Below are positions 8,416 to 19,097 of a stretch of DNA of 64,000 nucleotides, one piece after another. Source of the stretch: an uncultured Acidobacteriota bacterium (GTDB lineage: Bacteria; Acidobacteriota; Thermoanaerobaculia; Multivoradales; JAHEKO01); the NCBI GenBank assembly GCA_963713825.1, contig CAVQNG010000003.1, positions 224,001-288,000 of the forward strand, written 5' to 3'. A program made the translations under genes and the position numbers. Each line of letters begins with the position of its first letter. Positions within the stretch are counted from its first letter, which is position 1. The notes under the pieces were generated by a model. It was given only the letters and a program-made list of their open reading frames with translations. It was not told the DNA's origin and did not search any database.

Positions 8416-10239
8416 TCAGTCTCGTGATTCCCAAAGCACCCAATACCGGTTCGGTTCGAGATCGAGCCAGGTCTGGGTTCGTCCCGAGGGCCAGTCGATC
8501 GTGACGCTGTCGATCGCCTCCACCTCTCCAACCCCCAGATGGATCCGCGGATCGTTCCCCGACAGGTAGCCAGCCGCTGGCTGGTGAACCCTGACTCTCG
8601 GGTGCCCCTGGTCTGACACTTCGACGAAGGCGCCGTGCGAGGTGCCGGGCTGTCCGCCAACGAGCCGCAGCCCGAGCCAGTTGCCACCCCTCTGGCTATC
8701 GTTGCGAAGCAGCGAAGCGGTGGCCTGGTGATCGACATGATTGACCACGATGTCCAGGTCCCCATCGTTGTCGTAGTCCCCGAATGCCGCCCCTCTTCCC
8801 GACCGCCGGCCCGAGAAATAGGGGCCGGCGCCTGTGCGAGCATCGCTGAACTGTCCCGTGCCGTCATTGACCGCCAGCACGGGATACTGCCCCACCAGAA
8901 TATGTGCCACTCCGTTGGTGGTGAACAGGTCCAGGTCGCCATCCAGATCCAAATCGACCAGGCCGGCTCCCCACTGACCGAGACCGTCGAGCAGGCCCCC
9001 GACTCCGCTGGCCCAGGTCACATCTTCGAAGAGGGTCGGCTCCACCTTTCTGTAGAGGCTACCGTGACGTAGATCGACGACCAACAGATCGATGTTGCCA
9101 TCTCCGTCGATGTCTCCAGGTGTGCCGTGCATGGAGCCGGTGCCGAGGCCGGCGTCGTTGACGGACACGCCGGCGGCCAGTCCCATCTCCTCGAAGGTGC
9201 CGTCGCCTCTGGCCCTGAACAAGAAGTTCTCCTGGTGGTCGTTGCCCTGGAAGACGTCCAGGAGTCCGTCTCGATCGAAATCGAGCACGGTAATGCCCAT
9301 GCACTTCGAGTCCGGGTATTTCAGGAGCGCGCGCGCGGTCACATCTTCGAAGCTGCCATCGACTCGCTGTTCGTAGAGCTTGCTCTCCTGCCCTTCGTAC
9401 TCCTTCGGTTCGGGCATCTCCCATTCCTTGCCCGGGTGCAGGTAATGCGGATCGAAGGCCAGGAAGTTGCAGACTGCCAAGTCGAGATCACCGTCGCGGT
9501 CGTAGTCGAACCAGGAACCTCCGACGCTCCACTTGACGAACTTGTTGAGTTCCTTCGGTCCAACGAGTCCCACCTCGGAAGCGACGTCGCTGAAGGTACC
9601 GTCCCCGTTGTTGTGAAAGAGGAGATTCGGTCCATAGGTCGCTAGAAAGATGTCCGGGTAGCCATCGTCATCGTAGTCGCCGGCCACGGCTCCCATGCTC
9701 CAACCCTTGTGGCCGAGGCCAGCCCGTTCCGTACAATCGATGAAAGTCCCGTCTCCGTTGTTGCAGTAGAAGCGGTCGCTCGCCTCGCCGAAGGACCGCT
9801 CGCCTTTCGGATCGCTCACACCCTCGAGGTAGACACCATTGAGCAGATAGAGGTCCAGGTCGCCATCCCGGTCGTGATCGATCCAGGTGGCGCCGGAGCC
9901 GCTCGATTCCAGAATGTTGTCGTAGGCGTAGTCGCCAAAGGTGTACCGAAACCTGACCCCGGACTCGGCTGCAACATCCTGAAACCTCAGGCCCGATCCC
10001 TCACCAGATGTGTCTAGCGGAGGGGCTCCCTCGAAAGAGGGCCCATCAGAGGCCAACGCCTGTGCCGCTACGGGGTCCAGATGGAGGTCGGCAGGAATTG
10101 TTGCTGCACCCTGCTGGACGGAGTCGTCGTCTCCCCCACCGACCTCAGCCTGCAATGGACTTCCGAGCACCAAGCCCGTCATCAGGAGCAGAAGGTAGGA
10201 GCCGGTCGACAAGACATCGACCCTTTTGAAGACTCGCAT
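8416..10239 (-). CDS. CRTAC1-like FG-GAP/VCBS repeat protein with ASPIC/UnbV C-terminal domain
   Basis: Signal peptide; repeated D(Y/F)DxDGxxD and NNGDGTF motifs; GYLSGNDPRIHLGVG and IDWPSG. Confidence 0.9.
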   Translation of the reverse strand: MRVFKRVDVLSTGSYLLLLMTGLVLGSPLQAEVGGGDDDSVQQGAATIPADLHLDPVAAQALASDGPSFEGAPPLDTSGEGSGLRFQDVAAESGVRFRYTFGDYAYDNILESSGSGATWIDHDRDGDLDLYLLNGVYLEGVSDPKGERSFGEASDRFYCNNGDGTFIDCTERAGLGHKGWSMGAVAGDYDDDGYPDIFLATYGPNLLFHNNGDGTFSDVASEVGLVGPKELNKFVKWSVGGSWFDYDRDGDLDLAVCNFLAFDPHYLHPGKEWEMPEPKEYEGQESKLYEQRVDGSFEDVTARALLKYPDSKCMGITVLDFDRDGLLDVFQGNDHQENFLFRARGDGTFEEMGLAAGVSVNDAGLGTGSMHGTPGDIDGDGNIDLLVVDLRHGSLYRKVEPTLFEDVTWASGVGGLLDGLGQWGAGLVDLDLDGDLDLFTTNGVAHILVGQYPVLAVNDGTGQFSDARTGAGPYFSGRRSGRGAAFGDYDNDGDLDIVVNHVDHQATASLLRNDSQRGGNWLGLRLVGGQPGTSHGAFVEVSDQGHPRVRVHQPAAGYLSGNDPRIHLGVGEVEAIDSVTIDWPSGRTQTWLDLEPNRYWVLWESRD

Positions 10240-10244
10240 TCGCT

Positions 10245-10631
10245 TCAGAACATGCCGTTGTCGTGGGCGGCAGTCTCGGGAACCACCTGGAGGACGTCCC
10301 AGTGTTCAACGACTTTGCCGTCGGAATCGAACCGGAAGATGTCGATCCCCGCGTACTCCTGATCACCGGGCCACTCCTGTCGGCAGTGGAGTACGACGTA
10401 GTCTCCTTCCGCGATGGCCCGAACGAAATGAACCCGTTTACCTGGATACTCGGCCGCCATCCTCTCGAAGTACTCGATGAACGCTTTCTTTCCGTCCGCC
10501 ACCATGGAATTGTGCTGGATATAGGTCTCGCCAACGTATTGCTCGACAGCCTCGACCGGTTTGCACTGATTGAACATGAGGTCGTAGAAGGCCATCGCCG
10601 TCTGTTTATTCGCTTCCAGTTGCTCGGACAT
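10245..10631 (-). CDS. SnoaL-like / NTF2-family protein
   Basis: [16 protein letters not shown] and [19 protein letters not shown]; RBS GAAGGAGAG. Confidence 0.85.
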   Translation of the reverse strand: MSEQLEANKQTAMAFYDLMFNQCKPVEAVEQYVGETYIQHNSMVADGKKAFIEYFERMAAEYPGKRVHFVRAIAEGDYVVLHCRQEWPGDQEYAGIDIFRFDSDGKVVEHWDVLQVVPETAAHDNGMF

Positions 10632-10642
10632 TTCGCTCTCCT

Positions 10643-11744
10643 TCAATCCGCTAGCTCGGACTCGGCCAGAAGCTCTTCGAGATAGGGGCCCCAGATCGCC
10701 GGAATCGAATGGGTACCGTGTCCCCGCGTTTCATCCGTGATCGGCAGCAGCACAGCTCGCCCACGTGGCACTCTGATGATCTCCCGCTCGAGAATCCCGA
10801 GCTCTGGTGGGTTGACCTGGTCATCGGCCGAGTTGATGGCCACGAGTGGAGCGACGATCTCCTCCAGATGTGGTGATGGGTCGTAGTCCCGTGACGAATC
10901 GAACTGGTAGATCAGATCGTTGGCATCCAGGCCAGCCGCATAGCGCTGGATCCTCGCTTCCAGAAAGGCCTCGGCCTCCTCTCGGGTTGGAGCCTCCTTC
11001 TGCCACTGCAACGGGCTGCTGACCATGAAGATCAGGGGGTGAATGGCCGAGATCAGGCCACGCGGCTGCTCGGTGTATTCCCCGCCGTTCCACTCGGGAT
11101 CGTCGCGGATGGAGTCGATGATCATCTTGCGCTGCATTCGGTTGCGGCCGGCGATCTCCACCGGCAGGCTGGCCAGAGGCATCAGCGCGTCCATGAAATC
11201 GGGATACGTATAGCCCCAAACCCAGGTGTGCATTCCACCCATCGAGGTGCCCATCACCAGCCGCAGGTGATCGACTCCGAGTTGCTCTGTCAGGAGACGA
11301 TACTGGGCGCGCACCATATCGTCGTAGTTGTACTTGGGGAACTTCATGTGCAAACCATCGCTCGGGCGGCTCGATTTGCCGTGTCCAATGGCGTCGGTCA
11401 GGATGATGTAGTAGCGCTCGGCGTCGAGCAGCTGCCCGGGGCCGAACAGTCCGCCTGCGAAGCGCTCCGAGAGAAATCCCGCTCCGTACCCGGTCGTCCC
11501 ATGCATGATCAGCACAGCGTTCTCCACCGAGCCAGAAGCATCTCGCCTCGGCTGCCCGATCGTCGTGTAGTGCAGATTGAGCTCGGGAAGGATCTCCCCG
11601 CTGGCGAACTCGAAGTTCTGGATCTGGAAATCACCTTCCTGGGGGTCCGGATAGTCGGCTCCCATCAACATTGCGGGGAGCCGCAGCGAGCATCAGAAAC
11701 AGCACGACCGCCGGACTGTAACGCTTGGGCTTCGAACCAGACAT
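10643..11744 (-). CDS. Exported alpha/beta hydrolase of the homoserine acetyltransferase-like family; indel near 11676 detaches the signal peptide
   Basis: HGTTG, GTSMGG and RGHGTH motifs. ATG 11744 with RBS GGAGGAG encodes [23 protein letters not shown], which is out of frame at a G4 run. Confidence 0.8.
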
Positions 11745-11757
11745 CCGTTCTCCTCCT

Positions 11758-12423
11758 CTACTCGAGCGTCGCCCGCTCGAGTCTCGTCAGCTTTGGATAG
11801 GCCTCGTCCAGGTGGGCGTTGCCTTCACTAAAGATCTTTCCCTGCTTGCCACCCCGCATGCCGCCGCCGGCGCCTTCATCGTACCCGGCGTAGAGCCGGT
11901 CGACGACTTCCATGCCCTCGATCACCTGGCCGAAGGGCGCGAAGCCCTGAGCGTCGAGATGTGGGTTGTCCACGAGGTTGATGTACGGCTGGGTGGTGCG
12001 GGTGTCTGGACCCGTCATCGCAAAGGCGATGCTGCCCCGCTCGTTGGTCTCTCGAACCGGATCGTCCGCCAGGGCTCGATCCCTCCACACGGCACTGACC
12101 TGCGGATCTCCAGGGATGCCGAACTGTGCGATATAGCCAGCCCGGATCCGGAAGAAGCGGCTGTCGTCGAAGAAACCGGCTCGCACCAGGTTGTAGAACC
12201 GGTCTGCGCCGAGCGGTGCCCACGCCCTGCGAGCCTCGACGACGAAGTCCCCCTCACTGGTCTCGAATCGGACGCGAAATCGGTCGGGGGCCGACTGACT
12301 CCAGAACTCGTCGGCCGGCCGTAGGAGGACATTCGAAGAAGTGACCGACAACTCGGCCGCACTGGCCCAAACGCCCAAGAAGAGAACTACGAAATAGATC
12401 TTCAGGACAGGTATCTCACGCAT
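11758..12423 (-). CDS. Exported cyclophilin-type peptidyl-prolyl cis-trans isomerase
   Basis: WAPLGADRFYNLV, FFR...AQFG, RGSIAFAMTG and FAPFGQVIEGMEVVD. Confidence 0.9.
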   Translation of the reverse strand: MREIPVLKIYFVVLFLGVWASAAELSVTSSNVLLRPADEFWSQSAPDRFRVRFETSEGDFVVEARRAWAPLGADRFYNLVRAGFFDDSRFFRIRAGYIAQFGIPGDPQVSAVWRDRALADDPVRETNERGSIAFAMTGPDTRTTQPYINLVDNPHLDAQGFAPFGQVIEGMEVVDRLYAGYDEGAGGGMRGGKQGKIFSEGNAHLDEAYPKLTRLERATLE

Positions 12424-12487
12424 TGCGACCAAGAGTAGCAGCCGAGCGAAGGTGGCACCCCCCCTCTCCTTCGCATAGACTCTTCTC

Positions 12488-12605
12488 AGGCTCGACAAAG
12501 GCTCACCTGGCGTAAGTCAGGGCCGCAAAGCCACGGACCTCGGCCTGACAGGCTGCAACTCGCATCGACTGCGATCGGCTGTAGGCGGCCGGGCTACCGA
12601 AGCCT
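12488..12605 (+). promoter_or_regulatory. c-di-GMP-I (GEMM-I) riboswitch
   Basis: CGACAAAGGCTCA-CCTGGC-GTAA-GTCAGG-GCCGCAAAGCCACGGACCT...AGGCGGCCGGGCTACCGAAG matches the GEMM-I layout: P2 with GNRA loop, CGCAAAGC core and 3' GGG(C/T)TACCGA; P1 is AGGCTCG/CGAAGCCT. Confidence 0.85.
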
Positions 12606-12703
12606 TCTCTGGCACAGTCTCCCTGCTTCGCGCAGGGCTCGATCATCCTTCGGTCGGCACCTCTCAGGAGGGCCAACCCTAGGAGGAAAGGACAGACTAC
12701 GCC

Positions 12704-15013
12704 ATGAGACGCAGCGAGGTAACTCTCTTCATCCTCCTCACGTTTTCTACCGGCCTGCTGTCAGCAGATGCCACCACAGGTACCTTCTCTGGCATCATCA
12801 CCGACAGAGACACGGCTCTCGGAATCGAGGGCGTCCTGGTCAACATCTCGTACTCCAACGGCGACTGGGCCGGGAACGTCGTCACAGACGCTGCCGGAGC
12901 CTATACCTCGCCAGCGCTCCCGGCGGGCGACTACGTCGCCAATACGCTCGACCTGTCCGGCTAGGTCAACGAGCTCTACGACGACATCCCCTGTTACTTC
13001 TATTGCGAGCTGACCGCTGGCACGATCATCTCGGTAGCGGTCGGTACCGACAACTCGGGCATCGATTTCGAGCTGGAGCTCGGCGGCAGAATCGCGGGAA
13101 CCGTCAAGGATGCCGACACCTCGATCGGGCTGGGCAACCTCCTCGTCGATGTTCTGGATCCGACCGGCAACTGGCTTCTCAATACCGGGACAGACGGCTC
13201 CGGAGCCTATACGTCAGCGGGTCTTCCGCCAGGTATCTATCGGGCAAAGACATGGAACGAGCTCGGGTACATCAACGAGCTCTACGACGACGTGCCCTGC
13301 CCCAACTGGTGTGACGCGAGCTCTGGGGACGACATCGTGGTGACTGCCGGAGTGACCACCGAAGGAATCGACTTCGAGCTGGCCAAGGGCGGGAGAATCT
13401 CGGGCACCGTCACCGAGGATAGGACCGGGACGCCACTCGAGGGAGTCTTCGTCGACCTTTTCACTCCGACCGGCGAGTTCATCAGCAACCCATCCAGCGA
13501 CAGCATGGGCGACTACCTGAGTCCCGCGCTACCCGCGGGCACTTACTTCGCTCGGAGCTGGAACGACCAGGGCTACGTCAACGAGCTCTACGACGACGTG
13601 CCCTGTTTCGGTTGCGTTGTGACGAGTGGTACTCCGATCGTCTTGACTGCGGGCACTATCACGGAGGACATCGACATAGATCTGGAACAGGGATCGCAGA
13701 TCTCGGGCACGGTAACCCAGGATGGTAGGGGTGCGCCAATCGAGGGGATCCACGTCGAAGTCTGGAGCTCCAGCGGTCAGCTGTTGGCCTGGGCAGGAAC
13801 AGACGCCTCCGGGAACTACGTGATCAACGAAGGCTTCGCCGCTGGCCTCTACTTCGTCAAGACCTGGAACGATCTCGGCTACATCAACGAGCTCTATGAC
13901 GGTGTGCCCTGTGCCTTCTGCGTCGCGACAGACGGTAAGCCTCTCCGAATCAGTGCCACCAAGACCACCTACGACGTCGATTTCTCCCTCTCCCAAGGTG
14001 GCTTGATCTCGGGCACGGTGACGGACGACAGCACCCACACGCCGATCGAGAGCATTGGTGTTCATGTCCATGAACTGGCGGGAAACTGGATCCAGTCCAC
14101 CAGTACTGCCGCCAACGGCACCTACACAATGAAGGTTGGGCTCCCCACCGGAAGTTACTACGCCAGAACCAGCAACGGCCAGGGCTACGTCAACGAGGTC
14201 CACTCCGACGTTCCGTGCATCGGAGCCTGTGAGTTCGTTGCGGCAACTCCGATCGCGGTGACCCTGGGCAGCACGACGAGCGGAATCGACTTCGCCCTCA
14301 TCAAGGGAGCGAAGATCTCCGGGGCCGTGACCGAAGCCGGCTCCGGGCTTCCCATCGATGACAGCGAGGTGGTAATCGTCACCGCTGCGGGAAGAGTCGC
14401 AGCCGGCGCCCGGGTCAGAGCCGACGGAACCTACACGACCTGGGGGGCTGTGCCTTCAGGCAGCTACTACGCCACCACCAGGAACTTCGCTGGCTACATC
14501 GACGAGCTCTACGACGAGGAGCCTTGCTTGGGGGGCGGAGAGTTCTGTGACTTGACCCAGGGCACGCCGCTTCTTGTCGCTGCCGGCACGGACGTTACCG
14601 ATATCGACTTCACACTGAACCTCGGGGGTTGGTTCGAGGGCTCCGTGTTCGACGAGGCATGGGCCCGTGCGCTCGGGGGCACCGACGTGCTCATCTACGA
14701 CAGCAGTGGTGACCCGGTTTCGAAGGTGACGTGGCTCCGTCCTCTTCCCGCGGACGGCAAGTTCAAGACCTGCGGACTGCCACCAGGCACCTACTACGCG
14801 CACACGGACACCTCGGTGCTGGCTCAGGACTACGCCGATGTTCTGTTCGACGACATTGCCTGTGCCGAGACCTGTTATCCCACTCTCGGGACCCCGATCT
14901 CCGTGGTGAACCAGGTCGGGACCACAGGCGTCGATTTCAAGCTGCGGTTCAGGCTCTTCTCGGACGGATTCGAAGGGGGGGATTCCAGCTCCTGGACCGC
15001 TGTCGTCGAGTGA
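12704..15013 (+). CDS. Secreted 769-codon surface protein with 7 carboxypeptidase-regulatory-like (~100 aa) Cys-containing repeats; in-frame TAG at 12962-12964
   Basis: RBS AGGAGG and signal peptide; ORFs 12704..12964 and 13292..15013 share one frame. Repeat motif GYxNELYDDxPCxxC; C-terminal LFSDGFEGGDSSSW. Confidence 0.8.
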
Positions 15014-15038
15014 GGATCGAAGGACACCGACAATCCAA

Positions 15039-17056
15039 CTAGCTCGGGTCCGGTCCCTCCGCCTTGGGCTGCAGCAGCATCCGATAGGGGACGGAGATCT
15101 CGATTCCCTCTTCGTCGAACTTGTTCTTGACCCGGCGCAGCATCTGACGGCGGACGGGGAATGGCTTGTCGGGGAGCGTCTTCAGCATGAACTTGATGAC
15201 GACGCCGTACTCGGTGAACTTGTCGACCCCCAACATGACCGGTTCATCGGTAACGAAGGACCCGAACTCCGGATCGGCCCTCAGCTCTTCGGCAACCTCG
15301 AGCAGGACATCCATCGCGCGGTCGACGCTCTCCTGATAGCTGATGGGTACCTCAATCACGGCCCTGCCCCACACGTAGGAGCGATTCGTCACCGATTTGA
15401 CCTCGCCGTTGGGGATGAAGTGCACCCGCCCCTCGAGATCGCGCAGCATCGTGGTGCGCATGTTCACCTTCTCGACCCTGCCGGTCACGGCGCCGATGGT
15501 GACGAGATCACCCAACTCGTATTGGTCCTCGAGCAGGATCATGAAGCCGGTGAAGTAGTCCCGCATCAGGTTCTGCGCGCCGAAGGCCAGGGCGAGACCG
15601 AGAATGGCGGCACCACCGAGGACCGTCTTGACATCGATCCCGGCCTCCTGGAACACCAGCAGGACCCGCACCGACCAGGATCAGCACGGTGGCTGCACTG
15701 CGAAAACTCAATGCCAGCGTATCGGCCCGATTGACGGTAAGGCTGCGCTCACCTCTTCGTTTGCGAACCGTGATCCTGGCGATAGGTCCGAGCCGAAATC
15801 CTCAACAGAAAGAGAAGTGCGGCCGTGACGACGATCACGAACAGAATTCGAGGACCACGCTCCCGGAACCACCGAGCGACATTGGATGGATGGATCGGGC
15901 TCTGCAGCCAGTACAGCCTCTCCTGAGCCTTCTTGACTTCCTTGCGTTGCTCCTCGACTTGCGCCGTAACGAGACCTTCTTCTTGCTGCTGGACCTCCAG
16001 GCGCTCCTGGAGTGAGGCGAGATACTCCTGCCGCTCGGTAATTCTCCTGCGCCCTTTCTCCAGCGCTGACTCGATGGTCTTCAGATCCTCTTGCAGAGCT
16101 TCGATCTCCGCACGAGGCGCCCCGGCCTCGGTTCTCCGGGCTACCTGATCCCGCCAGTGTTCACGAGCCTTCTCGAGATTTTCGACGGCTTGCTGGGTAG
16201 TCTCGAGGAGCACCGTCTCGAATCCGATTTGCTCCTGCAATGACTCTCGGCGTTTGACGTACTCGACGACTGCCTTCTCCGCCACCTCGACGCCGGTCTG
16301 CTTTCGTTCGAGATTCCTCTGGGCTTCGACTTGAGCCGTGGTCTCCAGTCTCGGCTTGGCCTCTGGCGCAGGAACAGCTCCAGCACCGGGCACCATGGGC
16401 ATACCGGGAATCGGGGCAGAAGGACCTTCAGCGATTTCGGCAGGTGCGTCGGGCTCCGGCGTGGGAGCCGGCTGCGGCCCGCTGGGCTCGACGCCCCTCA
16501 AGGTGTCGATCGCCCGCTGTTCGCGCTCGATTTTCTTTTCGAGGGACTCGAATTGCTGACGTAGGTTGGTCTCGGTCGTGAGCTCCAGATCAGACTGTGC
16601 CTTGTAGAACCCTAAGTCCCTCTCGAGATCGCCAATCGCATTCTCAAGAACTGACCGTTCCTCGGGGTCCCCTGATTCACCCAGCTCCTCGAGCGCTTTC
16701 TTCTTCTCCTCCAGCTCTATCGAGAGGTTGTAGGTTGCGGTCCCGATGGCATCGAACAACTCCTGCTGTTCCTCGAGCTCTTCACGGACCGCCTCAAACT
16801 TGGCTTGATCGAGCTCCTTGACTCTCTCGTACCTCAGGAGCCGCTCGACATCGGAGGTGAGGTCGGCTTCCCCTGCGGTCGATTCAGCCTCGAGCTCGTC
16901 CTCCACGATCTCTTCGGTCGGCTGGGCCTCCGCATCGCTCTCGACAGCCTCGGGTGGCGGTATTTCTTCCTGAGCGTGGACCGGAACCGTCCATGACACC
17001 GTGACCAGAGCCAGCAAAACCAGAACCGAGGTTGCGAGCAGTTTCCCGAATCTCAT
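15039..17056 (-). CDS. MscS-family mechanosensitive channel with long periplasmic coiled coil; frameshifted at ~15670-15790
   Basis: Signal peptide and coiled coil (ORF 15749..17062); MscS core GLALAFGAQNL..D.F.GF.ILLEDQY..GD and FIPNGEV (ORF 15039..15671). Confidence 0.8.
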
Positions 17057-17199
17057 GATCAAGACCTCCGGCTGGACACGGGTCGAGGCACGGCGAATCG
17101 AGTCGCCGTGGGAAGGAAGCAGTGTGCCCGACGGGAATTCTAGGTCAAATCTGCCGGAAACTGGTCCTAGGGTCGTGCGGACCTACAGTCGTCCAGCGG

Positions 17200-17409
17200 T
17201 CAATGACGTCGACGAAGCCACAGATCGAAGAGCCTGGACTCGACGACCGCGTAGCCAACACCTACCGTCAGCGCCGACTGCAATCGCGATCGCCAGGGCC
17301 AGGCCTGCTCCTGGGCGAGGCCCGTGAAGTGCCGAACCGTCGCCCATGTCAGGGCGAAGGTACAGGCGCCGATCGCCAGGCCCACCAGGACCGAGCGCGC
17401 TTCCATCAT
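17200..17409 (-). CDS. Small hypothetical membrane protein
   Basis: RBS GAGGAGG before ATG 17409; two hydrophobic segments; last gene of the PadR operon. Confidence 0.45.
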   Translation of the reverse strand: MMEARSVLVGLAIGACTFALTWATVRHFTGLAQEQAWPWRSRLQSALTVGVGYAVVESRLFDLWLRRRH

Positions 17410-17794
17410 TGCCTCCTCTGCGCCGACCAGAGGCCGACCCTCAGGAAGAACCAGAGGAACGCCGCGATCAACCAGCACGAACATCCCTGCGACGGGGGTC
17501 AGCAGCGACTCGGAGAGACCCATGACCACCGCCTGGGGATTGACGATGCCCCGCTCGACGATCGCCGTGACCAGTTTCATGACGCCAATCCACTGTCCGA
17601 GAAACCCGAGCAGGGCCGCGACGCTTCCCCAGAACAGAATCGAATCGATGCTGTTGCGCCGTCTCGCCGTCGAGGCTGGGGCTCATTGCCGATCAGCGCC
17701 AGGGCATTCCAGAGCACGAGACCGAGGATGACGAAGCACCAGCAGGATGACCGGCCAGATCAGAGGACCGGCTTCCATCAGAGAATCTTTTCAT
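17405..17794 (-). CDS. Small 3-TM MotA/TolQ/ExbB-like membrane protein (multiply frameshifted)
   Basis: RBS AAGGAGG before ATG 17794; pieces in shifting frames read EAGPLIWPVILL, SILFWGSVAALLGFLGQWIG and QAVVMGLSESLLTPVAG. Boundaries approximate. Confidence 0.5.
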
Positions 17795-17809
17795 GGTCTC
17801 TTCCTCCTT

Positions 17810-18572
17810 GATGCGGTCATGATCTAGCTCCACAAGGAGAGCCTCGACCTCCCGGCGCTCACTGCGTGCGGCTAGGTTGGCCAGCACGAACCAGATCAGG
17901 GCGGTCATCATCGCCACCAGAAGCCCAGCACCATCAGGAACGACATCGTGGCCATCCAGCCGGCGAAGCTCACGAACAGGGACTCGGGCGCGCCACCGAC
18001 ATTCAGCCTGAAGAAGCGCTGCAGATGGAACAGAGAATCCAGCGCCAGTGACAGCCAAAGAGGTGCCGGCGAAGAAGAGCAGGGCCCCGAGACCCGATCG
18101 GAGCCTGCGAATGTCGGCAGTCCGGGCTCGGAGGAAGATCTGGTAAAGCTTCCAAGCGGTGAAGATCAAGCGCGGCGGCGGCGAGCGCCCCAATGGGCCA
18201 CAGGAACGGACTCGCGAAACCGAGGAACTCATCGTGGGTCACGACCTTCGCCGCAGCGAGGATCTCGAAGGCGACGAGAGCGACCAGCAGGATCCTCTTC
18301 CCAGGGCCTGCCGATCTGGCCCGAGAGCCGATGATGCAGGCCCCCCAAGCCGGCCTCGTGGATCCGGGTTAGGTGCTTCAGTGCCTCCTCCGAGGTCCCG
18401 AAGGCCTCCTCTGCCCGCCGCGCGCCTCGGCCTCGTCGCATCCATGGCTCAGATGGAAATCGTAGCTGTCCTCCAGATCGGAGGCCATCTCCAGTAGGAC
18501 CCGGGTACGCGAGGGCTCGGAAATCTCCAGTTGATCCCGGGCATCACTCAGGACACGCGTGAAACGTTTCAT
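17810..18572 (-). CDS. PadR-associated membrane protein with N-terminal permease-prefix/HAAS-like domain (multiply frameshifted)
   Basis: RVLLEMASDLEDSY...G.DE.EA..RAEEAFG followed by several TM segments; start overlaps the padR stop; 3' end approximate. Confidence 0.55.
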
Positions 18573-18956
18573 CGTTCCACCTCCACGACGACATTGAAGA
18601 AGCGCTCGAAGAACTCGACTCCACTCGACAATCTGTTCGCCCAATCGGTCGCGGCCGGCCGGGGTCAATCTGATAGCTCTTGCGTTTCCGCTTGCCTTCT
18701 TCGTCGAGCCAGTCGCCCCGGATCAGCCCATCATTCTCCAGTTTGTGCAGGATCGGGTAGAGCGTGCCGTGCTTGAATCGGAACGCTCCACCGCTCTTGC
18801 TCTTCGATCTCGAGGGCCAACTGATAGCCATGATGAGGGCCCGGAAGAGAGGGCCGAGAGAATCAGGACCTCGTTGCAGCTGCGGCTCAGGCTCTGAATG
18901 TCCAGGGGCGCCCCTCGAGCCGAAGGTGCAGAAGTTGTCTTCGATTCTTCAGCCAT
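18569..18956 (-). CDS. PadR-family transcriptional regulator (frameshifted)
   Basis: Fragments EVLILSALS.GP.HGYQL, FKHGTLYPILHKLENDGLI and RKRKSY..T.AGR in different frames. Confidence 0.8.
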
Positions 18957-18999
18957 GACGGGGAGGCTTTGCTTAGAGCTTCATTATATCGACTCTCTA

Positions 19000-19028
19000 T
19001 ATATAGCAACACGACACATAATTGTCAA
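19000..19028 (-). promoter_or_regulatory. Sigma70-type promoter of the padR operon
   Basis: Minus strand TTGACA-N17-TATATA in an AT-rich patch 44 nt upstream of the ATG. Confidence 0.6.
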
Positions 19029-19097
19029 GCGCCGCCTACCCTCGCCCAACCCGCCAGGGTTGTGTAAATCGAATGAAACCCCTGGATTGATGAGTGG

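Noticed and set aside
10643-11744. metX assignment
   Set aside because: It has a signal peptide and HGTTG instead of the MetX HAL(T/S)G motif, so it is only a family member.
12488-12605. c-AMP-GMP (GEMM-Ib) variant riboswitch
   Set aside because: The discriminator position equivalent to G20 is G, not A.
12962-12964. Genome-wide TAG reassignment
   Set aside because: TAG ends many intact genes here (2659, 3619, 4646, 6872, 26690, 35657).
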